The position numbers were made by a program, and so were the translations under genes. The notes beneath the pieces were generated by a model. It made no database searches. It was not told the origin of the DNA and saw only the letters and a list, made by a program, of their open reading frames with translations. This document shows positions 11,801 through 22,327 of a stretch of 64,000 nucleotides of DNA, piece after piece (position 1 is the stretch's first letter; every line of letters starts with the position of its first letter). The stretch is from an uncultured Aquimarina sp. GTDB lineage: Bacteria; Bacteroidota; Bacteroidia; Flavobacteriales; Flavobacteriaceae. The stretch lies in contig CALLUJ010000002.1 in assembly GCA_938011245.1 (NCBI GenBank), positions 28,888 through 92,887 of the forward strand, read 5' to 3'.

Positions 11801-13155
11801 GAAAGTTAGCAGATATCGTTATCTCTCGTACTTCTGAAATTAAAATTATTGAACCAAAAACTAAAATAGTATTAAGTACTAATTTAATTCCTTATGGATC
11901 AGAATTATTAATCACTTCTGGTGATAAGGTTAATGTTGGCGATGTAGTTTGTACTTGGGACCCATATAATGGTGTAATTGTTTCAGAATTTTCTGGTGCT
12001 ATTAAATATGAAAATTTAGAGCAAGGTATTAACTATCAGGTAGAAATCGATGAACAAACAGGTTTCCAAGAAAAAGTAATTTCTGAATCTAGGGATAAGA
12101 AAAAGATTCCATCTTTACTTATTATGGGTAAAGGAGAAGAAGTGTTGCGTTCTTATAATTTACCAGTGGGTGCTCACTTAATGGTAGAAGACGGAGAGAA
12201 AATTAAAGAAGGTAAAGTACTGGTAAAAATACCTCGTAAGTCTGCAAAAGCAGGTGATATTACAGGGGGTCTGCCTCGTGTAACGGAGTTATTTGAAGCT
12301 CGTAATCCTTCAAACCCTGCTGTAGTTTCTGAAATAGACGGAGTGGTTTCTTTTGGTAAAATAAAGCGTGGTAATAGAGAAATTATTGTAGAATCTCGTT
12401 TAGGAGATGTTAAGAAATATTTAGTAAAACTTTCTAATCAAATCTTAGTACAAGAAAATGATTTTGTACGAGCAGGGATGCCATTATCTGATGGAGCAAT
12501 AGCACCAGTGGATATTTTAAAAATTCAAGGACCATCTGCAGTACAGCAGTATTTAGTAAATGAAGTACAAGAAGTATATCGTTTACAAGGAGTAAAGATT
12601 AATGATAAGCATTTTGAGGTAGTAGTTCGTCAAATGATGCGTAAGGTTCAGATTCAAGATCCAGGCGATACTATTTTCTTAGAAAACCAATTAGTTCATA
12701 AATCAGATTTTATTGTAGAAAATGATCAAATTTTTGGAAAGAAAGTAATAGAAGACGCTGGCGAAAGTGAAAACTTGCGAGCAGGCCAAATTGTAACACC
12801 TCGTGAATTAAGAGACGAGAATTCTATTTTGCGTAGAGAAGATAAGAGTTTAGTAGTAGCAAGAGAAGCTTCTCCAGCAACTGCAACTCCAATTCTTCAA
12901 GGTATTACAAGAGCATCGTTGCAAACTAAATCATTTATTTCTGCAGCCTCTTTCCAAGAGACTACTAAGGTATTGAATGAAGCGGCAGTAAGCGGTAAGG
13001 AAGATTACTTAGAAGGACTAAAAGAGAATGTGATTGTTGGTAAGAAAATTCCAGCAGGAACAGGAATGCGTAAGTATGATTCTTTAATTGTAGGTTCTAA
13101 AGAAGAGTATGATAATCGTACGAAAGAAGTAGAACAACCAATGAATTTTAATTAA
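8851..13155 (+). CDS. rpoC: RNA polymerase beta' subunit
   Basis: [12 protein letters not shown] catalytic motif; both Zn-finger Cys sets present. Confidence 0.99.
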   Translation: MARNNDKNQVQRFNKISIGLASPESILETSHGEILKPETINYRTHKPERDGLFCERIFGPVKDYECACGKYKRIRYKGIVCDRCGVEVTEKKVRRDRVGHINLVVPVAHIWYFRSLPNKIGYLLGLPSKKLDMIIYYERYVVIQPGIAKNEEGESVKKMDFLTEEEYLNILDSLPQENLYLDDSDSDKFIAKMGAECLIELLKRIELDELSYQLRHKANNETSKQRKAEALKRLQVVEALRDANKNRENNPEWMIMKVIPVIPPELRPLVPLDGGRFATSDLNDLYRRVIIRNNRLKRLVEIKAPEVILRNEKRMLQESVDSLFDNTRKSSAVKTESNRPLKSLSDSLKGKQGRFRQNLLGKRVDYSARSVIVVGPELKLFECGLPKNMAAELYKPFVIRKLIERGIVKTVKSAKKIIDRKEPVVWDILENVLKGHPVLLNRAPTLHRLGIQAFQPKLIEGKAIQLHPLVCTAFNADFDGDQMAVHLPLGPEAILEAQLLMLASHNILNPANGSPVTVPSQDMVLGLYYMTKERKSTPELIIKGEGLTFYSAEEVNIAYNEGKLDINAGIKIRANDFNEAGELVPQIIQTTTGRVLFNEKVPTAAGYINQVLTKKALRDIIGDILKVTSVPETAAFLDEIKTLGYNFAFRGGLSFSLGDIIIPPEKQTMIDAANSKVDNIIGNYNMGLITNNERYNQVIDIWTSTNSELTELSMKRISEDQQGFNSVFMMLDSGARGSKEQIRQLTGMRGLMAKPKKSADGGGAIIENPIISNFKEGLSILEYFISTHGARKGLADTALKTADAGYLTRRLVDVSQDVIINETDCGTLRGVEVEPLKKNEEIIESLGARIVGRTSLNDVINPVNQEVIVEAGQFIGEKEVELIEAAPIDSVEVRSALTCEAKRGICVKCYGRNLATNKTVQLGEAVGVVAAQSIGEPGTQLTLRTFHVGGIAGNISEENSLKAKFAGVAEIDELKIVKGENAEGKLADIVISRTSEIKIIEPKTKIVLSTNLIPYGSELLITSGDKVNVGDVVCTWDPYNGVIVSEFSGAIKYENLEQGINYQVEIDEQTGFQEKVISESRDKKKIPSLLIMGKGEEVLRSYNLPVGAHLMVEDGEKIKEGKVLVKIPRKSAKAGDITGGLPRVTELFEARNPSNPAVVSEIDGVVSFGKIKRGNREIIVESRLGDVKKYLVKLSNQILVQENDFVRAGMPLSDGAIAPVDILKIQGPSAVQQYLVNEVQEVYRLQGVKINDKHFEVVVRQMMRKVQIQDPGDTIFLENQLVHKSDFIVENDQIFGKKVIEDAGESENLRAGQIVTPRELRDENSILRREDKSLVVAREASPATATPILQGITRASLQTKSFISAASFQETTKVLNEAAVSGKEDYLEGLKENVIVGKKIPAGTGMRKYDSLIVGSKEEYDNRTKEVEQPMNFN

Positions 13156-13157
13156 CT

Positions 13158-13469
13158 ATGGCTCAAGAGCAAGATAATACTAAAAGTTTAAATATTGAAA
13201 TTGATGAACAAATAGCAGAAGGTACTTATTGTAACCTTGCTATAATAAATCATTCAGCTTCAGAATTTGTAGTTGATTTTATAAATATGATGCCTGGAAA
13301 CCCTAAAAGTAAGGTGAAAAGCAGAATTATTTTAACTCCGCAACATGCAAAAAGATTGGCACATGCTCTTAATGAAAATATTAGAAAATTTGAAAAAGAA
13401 CATGGTAAAGTAAAGGATTATGAAAATCCTAGTATTCCATTAAACTTTGGTCCAACAGGACAAGCTTAG
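13158..13469 (+). CDS. DUF3467-family protein
   Basis: EGTYCNLAIINHSASEFVVDF...RIILTPQHAKRL pattern; starts 2 nt after the rpoC stop. Confidence 0.85.
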   Translation: MAQEQDNTKSLNIEIDEQIAEGTYCNLAIINHSASEFVVDFINMMPGNPKSKVKSRIILTPQHAKRLAHALNENIRKFEKEHGKVKDYENPSIPLNFGPTGQA

Positions 13470-13504
13470 AAAAAAAGCCTTGAATTTAGTTCAAGGCTTT
13501 TTTA
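13470..13504. terminator. Bidirectional intrinsic terminator
   Basis: AAAAAAAGCCTTGAA-TTTAG-TTCAAGGCTTTTTTT between convergent DUF3467 and prfC. Confidence 0.9.
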
Positions 13505-13656
13505 TTGAAAATAATTATTAAAAAGTAAATTAAAATAACTATTCATTATAATTGATAAAAAAACTCATTTTTTTAATACGTAAAATAACGAGTCTTTTCA
13601 TTTGTTAATATTGTGGATTGTTTTTTGAAATTTAAGCTCTTAAAACGGCTTAAATT

Positions 13657-15249
13657 TCAAAATTCGGAAGTAAAGTGAAATTTTAGAGTTTTAAATTTGT
13701 CTTGAGTCATTTGCAAGCTAAATTGTGAGTCCGCTAAAAATACTAACTGACCTTTTTTGTCTTTAGCTAAAAACTTACTTTTAATACGTTTAAATTCTTT
13801 AAATTCCTCATTTTTTTCATTTTCGGCTTCAATCCAGCAAACTTTATATACATTTAAGTTTTCGTAGGTGCATTTAGCACCATATTCATGTTCTAGACGA
13901 TATTGAATAACCTCGTATTGCAGTGCACCAACGGTACCAATAACTTTTCTTCCATTAAGATCTAGAGTAAATAGTTGAGCTACTCCCTCGTCCATAAGCT
14001 GGTCAATCCCTTTGGCTAATTGTTTAGACTTTAATGGATCTGCGTTATTTATATATCTAAAATGTTCTGGAGAAAAACTAGGAATACCTTTATATTGTAA
14101 TTGTTCGCCTGCAGTAAGTGTATCTCCAATTTTAAAGTTTCCAGTGTCATGAAGTCCAACAATATCACCAGCATATGAGATGTCTACAATTTCTTTTTTT
14201 TCAGCAAAAAAAGCGTTGGGGCTAGAAAATTTCATCTTTTTGCTTAAACGGGTATGTAAATAAGGTGTATTTCTTTCGAAGGTACCAGATACAATTTTTA
14301 TAAAGGCCAATCTATCCCTATGTTTAGGGTCCATATTAGCATGTATTTTAAATACAAAGCCAGTAAATTTTTTTTCTTGTGGAGAAACTTCTCGTAAATC
14401 GCTTTCTTTTGGTCTTGGCATTGGGGCAATATTTATAAAGCAATCCAAGAGCTCTCGAACACCAAAATTATTTAAAGCAGATCCAAAAAATACGGGTTGC
14501 AAATCCCCAGATTGATAAGCATGGGAGTTAAATTTAGGGTAAATACCAGTTACTAGTTCCACTTCTTCTCTTAAAGTATTAGCACTAGTATCCCCAATTA
14601 AATCATCAAGTTTTGAATCGTTAAGATTATTTATTTCAATAGTGTTATGAATATTTTTAGAAGAATCATCTTCGAAAAGGTTAATGTTTTTTTCCCAAAT
14701 GTTATATATTCCTTTAAAATCGTATCCCATTCCAATAGGGAAGCTAAGAGGGGTGACATTTAGTCCTAATTTTTGCTCTACTTCATCTAATAAATCAAAG
14801 GCATCTTTACCTTCTCTATCCATTTTGTTAATAAAAACAATCATGGGTATTTTGCGCATTCTACAAACAGAAACTAATTTTTCTGTTTGCTCTTCAACTC
14901 CTTTTGCAACATCAATTACAACAATCACACTATCTACAGCAGTTAATGTTCTAAAAGTATCTTCGGCAAAGTCTTTATGACCAGGAGTATCTAGAATATT
15001 TATTTTGATATTTTTATAATCAAAAGCTAATACAGAAGTTGCTACAGAGATTCCTCTTTGGCGCTCTATTTCCATGAAATCACTAGTAGCTCCTTTTTTT
15101 ATTTTATTTGATTTTACAGCACCTGCTTCTTGTATTGCTCCTCCAAAATAAAGTAATTTTTCAGTTAATGTAGTTTTACCAGCATCAGGATGAGAAACAA
15201 TCCCAAAGGTTCTTCGACGTTTAATTTCTTCTTCAAAAGTCAACTTCAT
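13657..15249 (-). CDS. prfC: Peptide chain release factor 3
   Basis: RRTFGIVSHPDAGKTTLTEK, DTPGHKDF, NKMDR, GALQYEV. Confidence 0.98.
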   Translation of the reverse strand: MKLTFEEEIKRRRTFGIVSHPDAGKTTLTEKLLYFGGAIQEAGAVKSNKIKKGATSDFMEIERQRGISVATSVLAFDYKNIKINILDTPGHKDFAEDTFRTLTAVDSVIVVIDVAKGVEEQTEKLVSVCRMRKIPMIVFINKMDREGKDAFDLLDEVEQKLGLNVTPLSFPIGMGYDFKGIYNIWEKNINLFEDDSSKNIHNTIEINNLNDSKLDDLIGDTSANTLREEVELVTGIYPKFNSHAYQSGDLQPVFFGSALNNFGVRELLDCFINIAPMPRPKESDLREVSPQEKKFTGFVFKIHANMDPKHRDRLAFIKIVSGTFERNTPYLHTRLSKKMKFSSPNAFFAEKKEIVDISYAGDIVGLHDTGNFKIGDTLTAGEQLQYKGIPSFSPEHFRYINNADPLKSKQLAKGIDQLMDEGVAQLFTLDLNGRKVIGTVGALQYEVIQYRLEHEYGAKCTYENLNVYKVCWIEAENEKNEEFKEFKRIKSKFLAKDKKGQLVFLADSQFSLQMTQDKFKTLKFHFTSEF

Positions 15250-15911
15250 ATTCTAGGTTTTAGTCATGCAAAAGTCTATTTAATAAGTCGGATATGCAAT
15301 AATAATCTTTTTTTTTAGAGAATTTATCTAATGCTGGTTTATCGATATTATAATGTGTTTAAACGAAAAAAACTAATGCTTGTATTAATTTTAGAATATC
15401 TAAAATATTTTTTGACGTTAATTTAGTTTTTGTTAAGGTTTAGCCTTATAAAATGTAAGTTAACTTAATCGAAGATTTACAATCTTGTAGATTTTGAACA
15501 TTTATTTTTAACTTTTTTAGGTTTAAAGCACTTCAGTAATTGAAATTAATAAAGTGAATTACGATATGGTAATTTCGGGAGAAGGATATAAGGTATTGAT
15601 AATACGGGGGTAATTATTTTTACGCCTTCTCCAGAATTTACGAAATATTTTTTGAATATTTGAGATTCGATATACTATCCACCACTAAAAATATAGTACT
15701 AGAATTTTAATTTTCTAAAAAATCATCTAAAAAGCATACTTTCTAGAAGTAGTCACTTTATCGGACTAATCAATCGTTTTAACGAAAAAAACAATAATTC
15801 TAATCCGTTTTCCGTTATTTCGAAACCATTTTAATGTTAATTTGTTCTTTGTAATAGCTGATTCTATAATGGTTTTAGTTATAATATTGAAAATCAAAAA
15901 CTTAAGTTTTT

Positions 15912-18900
15912 ATGAATTGTAATTACTTTTTTATCAACCTGTCATTAAGATATTTTAAGAGTGTCTTTCTGTTTTTTATTTTTTTAGCAGTAAGTAGTTT
16001 TGAGGTTTTGGTTGCCCAATCTGTTATATGTCCTACTGGTGTTAATGTCGGTATTGGTGTTCCTGTTACAGGTGATCTCACGGTAAACGGTTTTGGAGTT
16101 GGAGAAACAGATTTGACAGATTTAGATGATGATTTAAATGCTATCTATCCATTTAATGGAGCTTCTTTAAATTTTGATTTTAGAGTAGAAGGAACAGCTA
16201 ACTTTACAAATAATGGAAGTGTTCGGTCTGGAGTTAGAGTGTTTAATCAAACAACAAGTGGAGGAGTTATTAATGTGCAAGCTAATAATACTAACTTTGA
16301 TAATGGAGATATCGCTATTTATACATTAACTTTTACAGAGCCTGTAACAAATGTGAATTTCTCGTGGACAGGGCTAGACTTTGGGGATGTAGCAGAATTT
16401 CAAGCAAATAACAATGGTACTCCGGTGGCTATAGCTATAGATAATTTTAATTTTGTTAATGGTTTAGGAGGAGCTGTAACTACGATTCCGGGAAATGAGT
16501 CTAATGGAACGCCTTTACTTACAGGAAATGGTACTACATTGCCAAGGGTGACGACTTCGAATAATCAATCGCCAGGAAATGATACGGTTAATGGTGCAAC
16601 TGTTAATGTATTGTCGCCAATTACTCAAATAGTAATAAGGACAGCGAAAAGGTCAAGAGATAATGGAAATCGTAATAATGGCAATGTTACAATGCAGTTT
16701 TCTTTTTTATCTTATTGCGTAATTGATAATCCTATTGATGATGATGATGAGATTTTAGCAACTAATGAAGATACTGTATTAACAGGAGATTTGTTTGCTA
16801 ACTTGGTAGATGCGGATAGTAATAATCACAATATAACAAGTGCAAATGTAGATTTAGATGGTGATGGTGTGTCTGATGCTTTAAGTTTAGGGAACCCAAC
16901 TTTAATTGAGGATTCATTAGGTAATCCAATTGGAGAGATTACGGTGAATGCAGATGGTAGTTTTACTTTTGAACCTGCATTAGATTATAATGGAGCCGTA
17001 CCAAATATAAATTATGATATTGTAGATAATAATGATCCTACAGATACAGATAGTTCAGTGTTGAGTATTACGGTAACACCAGTAAATGATGCGCCAGTAG
17101 CAACAGATGATACGCAAGATATTCTAGAAGATGAAATTAGCGTAATTAGAGTTTTAGATAACGATGTTGATCCCGATAATGATTTATTAGCAATAACTGA
17201 AATTGATAATATACCTGTCTTGCCAGGGGATTCTGTTACTTTATCGGATGGAACGATAGTTACTTTAAATAATGATGGTACTTTAAGTGTTAACCCAGTA
17301 GATGATAGTGTAGCACCAATAAGCTTTGTGTACACAATTAGTGATGGAAATGGAGGAGAAGATGAAGGGCAAGTGAATTTAATGATTAATTCAATTCCAT
17401 TAGGAACAGTAAGTGGTATTGTTTACAATGATGAAGATAATAGTGGAACGTTAAATGGATTAGAGAATGGATTTGCAGGTGTAGATGTGTTTGCAGATTT
17501 AAATAATAACAATATTCAAGACATTGATGAGCCAAGTGCAATTACTGCAATAGATGGAAGCTATACAATAGCAGATGTACCAGCGGGGTCGCCAGTATCG
17601 ATAATAATTGATATTACAGATTTACCTTTAGGAGCTATTCAATCACAAGGGACTAATCCAACAGAAGTAACGCTAATTACAGGTGGAGATGTTCAAGAAG
17701 AAGAAAACGGATTTAATGTTCCAACAATAATAGGAATCCCATCAGTAAATGCGATAAGTAATGAGATTGAGAGGGAAGGGGATACTTTTGAATTTACAAT
17801 TACTTTAGATAGACCAGTAACAGAGGAAACTCAGGTTGAAATAGTTATAACAGATAGATTATTGCCAATACCATCTGGATTAGAATTTAGTCAAATTCCT
17901 GATGATGCGACTATACAAGCATCTGATGATAACGATTTTAATTCAACAGGTTTTGATAGAGATGCTATTATAGTAACCTTTAATGCAGGAGAATCAGAAG
18001 CAACGTTTAGTGTAGCTACAACTGACGATACAGAAAATGATCCCTACGAAACTTTTGAAGTTTCAATTGGAAATCTGTTAACTGGGATGCTTAATCCTAC
18101 AGCAATTACAGGTACAGGAGTTATTATTCCAGAAAGTAATATTGTTGGACACCTATACTTCGATTATAATGCTAATGGTACTCAGGAAACTAATGAAATA
18201 AACTTAGAGGGAGTTCAATTAAATGTTGTGGATGCTTTAGGTAATATTTTTACAGTACTTACAGATGCACAAGGAGATTGGAGATTGGATAATTTACCAT
18301 TTGGAGAAACAACATCTTCAATTGTGTTATCAACATTGCCTAATGGTGTTTTTCAAACAGAAAATACTACTTCACGATTAATAGATGTAAATAATGATTT
18401 AACAAGTACTATTGTTATATCTGATTTTACACCCCGAGTAGATTCTTTTGTTTCTGTGGATGGTTTTGCACCAAGCTTAATTTTACTTAAATCGGGAGTT
18501 TATGTGGACGTAAATGGTAACGGAATTCCAGATGTAGAGGACGAGATTCAGTACAACTATAGAATAGTAAATCAAAGTACAGAATCTATTACGGATATTG
18601 TATTAACAGATGATATTTTAAGAGGTAATAGGGGTGTGAATTTTGATTCTAATGGCAATACATTAGATCTTTTAAATGCTGGAGAAGAGTTTGTTTTTAC
18701 TTCTACATATAATCCAGAGGCTTTTGAGATTGAAAATAATGGAAATATAATTACTTTAAATGTAGAAAGTCAAGCCTCTGTAAGTGGTATGTTAGCGTTA
18801 GGAAGTATTACAATAACTGACAATGCTTCAGATAATTTGGAAGCAATTGATTTAGATTTTACAGATTTTGATAGTAATCAAGAAATTGATGATTCAACGG

Positions 18901-19247
18901 TAGTAACTATAGAGGCGTTAAATGTACTAGGAACACCGCCAGTAGTGGTAGCTAATACAGGGGTATCACCAAATAGTGGCACGGATAATGATGTATTTAC
19001 TATTACTGGAATCGAAAATTTTGAAAATACAGTTAAAATTTATAACCGTTGGGGAGTAGAAGTTTTTGAAGTACGAAATTATAATAATGAAGATCCTAGT
19101 AGGTCTTTTAGAGGGAGATCAGAAGGAAGAATAACTGTTTCAGCGGATGAATTACTTCCTGTAGGAACTTATTTTTATGTGATAACCTATACAACATCAA
19201 GTGGTAATGAGGAATGTTTGTCTGGTTATTTATATATTAATAGATAA
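15912..19247 (+). CDS. Large T9SS-secreted adhesin-like protein with type B (gliding motility-associated) C-terminal domain
   Basis: Signal peptide; Ig/cadherin-like repeats (VTPVNDAPVATDD), SdrD-B-like (VYNDEDNSG, YFDYNANG), Calx-beta-like (EGDTFEFTITL) and DUF11-like segments; CTD GVSPN..DNDVF..IYNRWG..GTYFY..GYLYINR. Confidence 0.9.
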   Translation: MNCNYFFINLSLRYFKSVFLFFIFLAVSSFEVLVAQSVICPTGVNVGIGVPVTGDLTVNGFGVGETDLTDLDDDLNAIYPFNGASLNFDFRVEGTANFTNNGSVRSGVRVFNQTTSGGVINVQANNTNFDNGDIAIYTLTFTEPVTNVNFSWTGLDFGDVAEFQANNNGTPVAIAIDNFNFVNGLGGAVTTIPGNESNGTPLLTGNGTTLPRVTTSNNQSPGNDTVNGATVNVLSPITQIVIRTAKRSRDNGNRNNGNVTMQFSFLSYCVIDNPIDDDDEILATNEDTVLTGDLFANLVDADSNNHNITSANVDLDGDGVSDALSLGNPTLIEDSLGNPIGEITVNADGSFTFEPALDYNGAVPNINYDIVDNNDPTDTDSSVLSITVTPVNDAPVATDDTQDILEDEISVIRVLDNDVDPDNDLLAITEIDNIPVLPGDSVTLSDGTIVTLNNDGTLSVNPVDDSVAPISFVYTISDGNGGEDEGQVNLMINSIPLGTVSGIVYNDEDNSGTLNGLENGFAGVDVFADLNNNNIQDIDEPSAITAIDGSYTIADVPAGSPVSIIIDITDLPLGAIQSQGTNPTEVTLITGGDVQEEENGFNVPTIIGIPSVNAISNEIEREGDTFEFTITLDRPVTEETQVEIVITDRLLPIPSGLEFSQIPDDATIQASDDNDFNSTGFDRDAIIVTFNAGESEATFSVATTDDTENDPYETFEVSIGNLLTGMLNPTAITGTGVIIPESNIVGHLYFDYNANGTQETNEINLEGVQLNVVDALGNIFTVLTDAQGDWRLDNLPFGETTSSIVLSTLPNGVFQTENTTSRLIDVNNDLTSTIVISDFTPRVDSFVSVDGFAPSLILLKSGVYVDVNGNGIPDVEDEIQYNYRIVNQSTESITDIVLTDDILRGNRGVNFDSNGNTLDLLNAGEEFVFTSTYNPEAFEIENNGNIITLNVESQASVSGMLALGSITITDNASDNLEAIDLDFTDFDSNQEIDDSTVVTIEALNVLGTPPVVVANTGVSPNSGTDNDVFTITGIENFENTVKIYNRWGVEVFEVRNYNNEDPSRSFRGRSEGRITVSADELLPVGTYFYVITYTTSSGNEECLSGYLYINR

Positions 19248-19279
19248 TCTATATTTGTGTTAAAGTTTAAATTAATTAT

Positions 19280-20230
19280 ATGAAGTTTTTTTACAGACTA
19301 TCTTATTTATTCTTATTGTTATGTAGCGTATTAAGTTATGGGCAACAAGACCCACAATACACTCAATACATATACAATACAGTTTCAGTAAATCCTGCAT
19401 ATGCAGGAACACGAGGAGTATTAAGTGTTGTTGGATTGCATAGAAGCCAATGGGTAGGATTAGATGGTGCTCCACGCACTCAAACTTTAGCGATTCACTC
19501 ACCAATAGGGTTGGGAAAAGTTGGGTTAGGTGGTTCAGTAATTCATGATGAAATTGGACCATCTCAAGAAACCTACTTTAGTGCAGATTTTTCATATACA
19601 ATACCAACTTCTACTAAAGGTAATTTGAGTTTTGGATTAAAAGCAGGTGGACGTTTATTAGACGTTGATTTTACAAAACTAAGCCTTGTTGATAATACAG
19701 ATTTTACATTTGCAGGCGGAGGTATTAGAAATCAATTTAGTCCTACGGTGGGAATTGGGGTTTATTACCACACTCAAAAATTATATTTAGGACTTAGTGC
19801 ACCAAATTTATTAGAAACAGAACATTTTGATAGAGATAATACATCTCTTAATTCTAATACTCAGTTGTTAGCTAAAGAGCGTATTAATTATTATTTAATT
19901 GGAGGATATACTTTTAATTTAAATGATGATATATTGTTTAAACCAGCAGCATTAACTAAATTAGTTTTAGGAGCACCATTGCAGATAGATGTTTCTGCTA
20001 ATTTTTTATTTTATGAAAAATTGACTTTGGGAGTAGCTTATAGACTTAGTGCCGCATTCAGTGGATTAGTAGCATTCCAAATATCGGACAGTACTTTAAT
20101 AGGTTTTGCTTATGATAGAGAAACAACCGAATTAGGGAATACAAAGTTTAATGATGGTAGTTTTGAATTAACTTTGCGTTTTGAACTATTTAGAAAATAT
20201 AATCGATTGTTAACCCCAAGATTCTTTTAA
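19280..20230 (+). CDS. PorP/SprF-family T9SS outer-membrane protein
   Basis: QQDPQYTQY..NPAYAG, HRSQWVGLDGAPRTQ; directly follows a type B CTD gene. Confidence 0.93.
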   Translation: MKFFYRLSYLFLLLCSVLSYGQQDPQYTQYIYNTVSVNPAYAGTRGVLSVVGLHRSQWVGLDGAPRTQTLAIHSPIGLGKVGLGGSVIHDEIGPSQETYFSADFSYTIPTSTKGNLSFGLKAGGRLLDVDFTKLSLVDNTDFTFAGGGIRNQFSPTVGIGVYYHTQKLYLGLSAPNLLETEHFDRDNTSLNSNTQLLAKERINYYLIGGYTFNLNDDILFKPAALTKLVLGAPLQIDVSANFLFYEKLTLGVAYRLSAAFSGLVAFQISDSTLIGFAYDRETTELGNTKFNDGSFELTLRFELFRKYNRLLTPRFF

Positions 20231-20265
20231 TAAGGAACTATGTTATAACACTACTAGAAATTATT

Positions 20266-22227
20266 ATGAAGAAAAAATATATTTACGCCATACTATCTAT
20301 TTTATTCTTTTCTACATTGGCCTTTAGCCAACAAAAACAAGAAAGGCAAATACAAAAAATAGATAAGAAATTTAATAAGTTTGCTTATATAGATGCACAA
20401 AAAATTCTCCAAAAAGTAGCTCAGGAAGGATATAGAAGCAAAGATTTATTTCAAAAATTAGGAGATAGTTATTATTTTAATGCAGATTATATTAACTCGA
20501 ATGTATGGTATGCAGAATTAATGATTGATTATATTAATGATGTTACTCCAGAGTATTATTTTCGATATGCGCAGTCTTTAAAATCAGTACAAAGATACGA
20601 CGAATCGGATCAAATGATGAGTAAGTTTTATGCTTCTAAAGGTAAAGACAGTCGAGCAGAACGTTATCAAAATCAACCAGATTATTTGCGTGCTATTAAC
20701 TTTCAATCTGGTAGATATAAAGTTAAAAATATAAAGGCTAATTCAGCATATTCAGATTTTGGACCAGCTTACTACGGTAAAGAATTAGTATTTGCATCTT
20801 CTAGAGATACGGGTTTAGTTGCTAAGCGTGTTCATCAATGGAACGAAAAACCTTTTTTAGATTTATATAAAGGAAAAGTAAAAGAAAAATCTAAAGAAGT
20901 TGTAGATGTAGAGAAGTTCAATTCGAAATTAAACACAAAATTTCATGAATCTAATGCAGTATTTACTAAAGACCTTAAAACAGTTTATTTCACAAGAAAT
21001 AACTATAATCTAGGAAAATATAAAAAGGATGATAATGGTACCAATAGATTAAAAATCTATAAATCAGTATTGAAAGATAATGGAAAATGGTCAAACGCAA
21101 AATCGATAAGTTTAAATAACGATCAATATAGTTTAGCACACCCAGCTTTAAGTCCAGACGATAAAAAACTATATTTTTCTTCTGATATGCCTGGTGGATA
21201 TGGATTGTCCGATATTTATGAAGTTACTATTGCTGAAGATGGTAGTCTTGGTAAACCACGAAACCTAGGGGCAAGTATTAATACAGAAGGAAGCGAAAAC
21301 TTTCCATTTATTAGTAAAAGTGGCGATTTATACTTTTCTTCTAATGGACATATTGGTTTAGGCGGATTAGATTTGTACGTAACCTCGTTAGACGAATTAG
21401 GAAATGTAGGAGCTATTGTTAATCTAGGAGAACCAGCCAATACACCGCAAGACGATTTTTCTTTTATTGTTAATGAAGATGATAAAACAGGATATTTTTC
21501 TTCCAATAGAACAGGAGGAAAAGGAGACGACGATATTTATAAGTTTATCCAATTAGAATACGTAAAAGAAAAATGCGAAATTATAATAACAGGTGTAGTT
21601 ACAGATAAAAGTAGCGGGGAAGTACTTCCAAATGCACAAGTAACCTTGTTTGATTCTAATAATGCTATTGTTGAAACAGTAGTTGTAGGTCCAAAAGCAA
21701 ATTATGAATTTGTGGTTGAATGTGATAAAAATTACTTTTTAAGAGGCGATAAGGAAACGTATAATTCTGCAGAAGAATTAATAACAACTCCTGCAATTTC
21801 CGAAACAATTAATGTGCCTTTACAATTAGAGAAGACAATTAGAAAAGCGAAAATAGGAGAAGACTTAGGTAAAATATTAAATTTAAATCCTATCTATTTT
21901 GACTTTGATAAATATAATATTAGATACGATGCTTCTGTTGAATTGGCTAAAGTAATAGCGGTAATGAAAGAATACCCAACGATGAAGATAGATGTACGTT
22001 CGCATACAGATAGTAGGGGTAATGATAATTACAATGAAATATTGTCGGATAATAGAGCAAAATCTACTGTAAAATATATTATATCTAAAGGGATAGGAAA
22101 AGAAAGATTAACAGGAAAAGGATATGGCGAAAAGCAACCAGTAAATAAATGTATTAACGACGTACCTTGTTCTGAAGAAGAACATCAGTTAAATAGGAGA
22201 AGTGAATTTATAATTTTAGAATATTAA
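20266..22227 (+). CDS. OmpA-family protein with TPR and PD40 repeats (PorE-like)
   Basis: TPR-like N-terminus; PD40 repeats (HPALSPDDKKLYFSSD); OmpA C-domain (IYFDFDK, SHTDSRG, NRRSEF). Confidence 0.92.
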   Translation: MKKKYIYAILSILFFSTLAFSQQKQERQIQKIDKKFNKFAYIDAQKILQKVAQEGYRSKDLFQKLGDSYYFNADYINSNVWYAELMIDYINDVTPEYYFRYAQSLKSVQRYDESDQMMSKFYASKGKDSRAERYQNQPDYLRAINFQSGRYKVKNIKANSAYSDFGPAYYGKELVFASSRDTGLVAKRVHQWNEKPFLDLYKGKVKEKSKEVVDVEKFNSKLNTKFHESNAVFTKDLKTVYFTRNNYNLGKYKKDDNGTNRLKIYKSVLKDNGKWSNAKSISLNNDQYSLAHPALSPDDKKLYFSSDMPGGYGLSDIYEVTIAEDGSLGKPRNLGASINTEGSENFPFISKSGDLYFSSNGHIGLGGLDLYVTSLDELGNVGAIVNLGEPANTPQDDFSFIVNEDDKTGYFSSNRTGGKGDDDIYKFIQLEYVKEKCEIIITGVVTDKSSGEVLPNAQVTLFDSNNAIVETVVVGPKANYEFVVECDKNYFLRGDKETYNSAEELITTPAISETINVPLQLEKTIRKAKIGEDLGKILNLNPIYFDFDKYNIRYDASVELAKVIAVMKEYPTMKIDVRSHTDSRGNDNYNEILSDNRAKSTVKYIISKGIGKERLTGKGYGEKQPVNKCINDVPCSEEEHQLNRRSEFIILEY

Positions 22228-22261
22228 AAACCTTTAACTTAAACAAAGTTAAAAAAACATC

Positions 22262-22292
22262 AAAAGCGTTTCTATTAAGGGACGCTTTTTTT
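22262..22292 (+). terminator. Intrinsic terminator
   Basis: AAAAGCGTTTCT...AGGGACGCTTTT (with G-U pairs) followed by a T run. Confidence 0.75.
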
Positions 22293-22327
22293 GTGTGTTT
22301 ACATCAACTTGTTTAGATTTGATATTG

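Noticed and set aside
15566-15613. ATG-initiated ORF overlapping the intergenic stem structure
   Set aside because: Only 15 codons (MVISGEGYKVLIIRG*); no support as a leader peptide.
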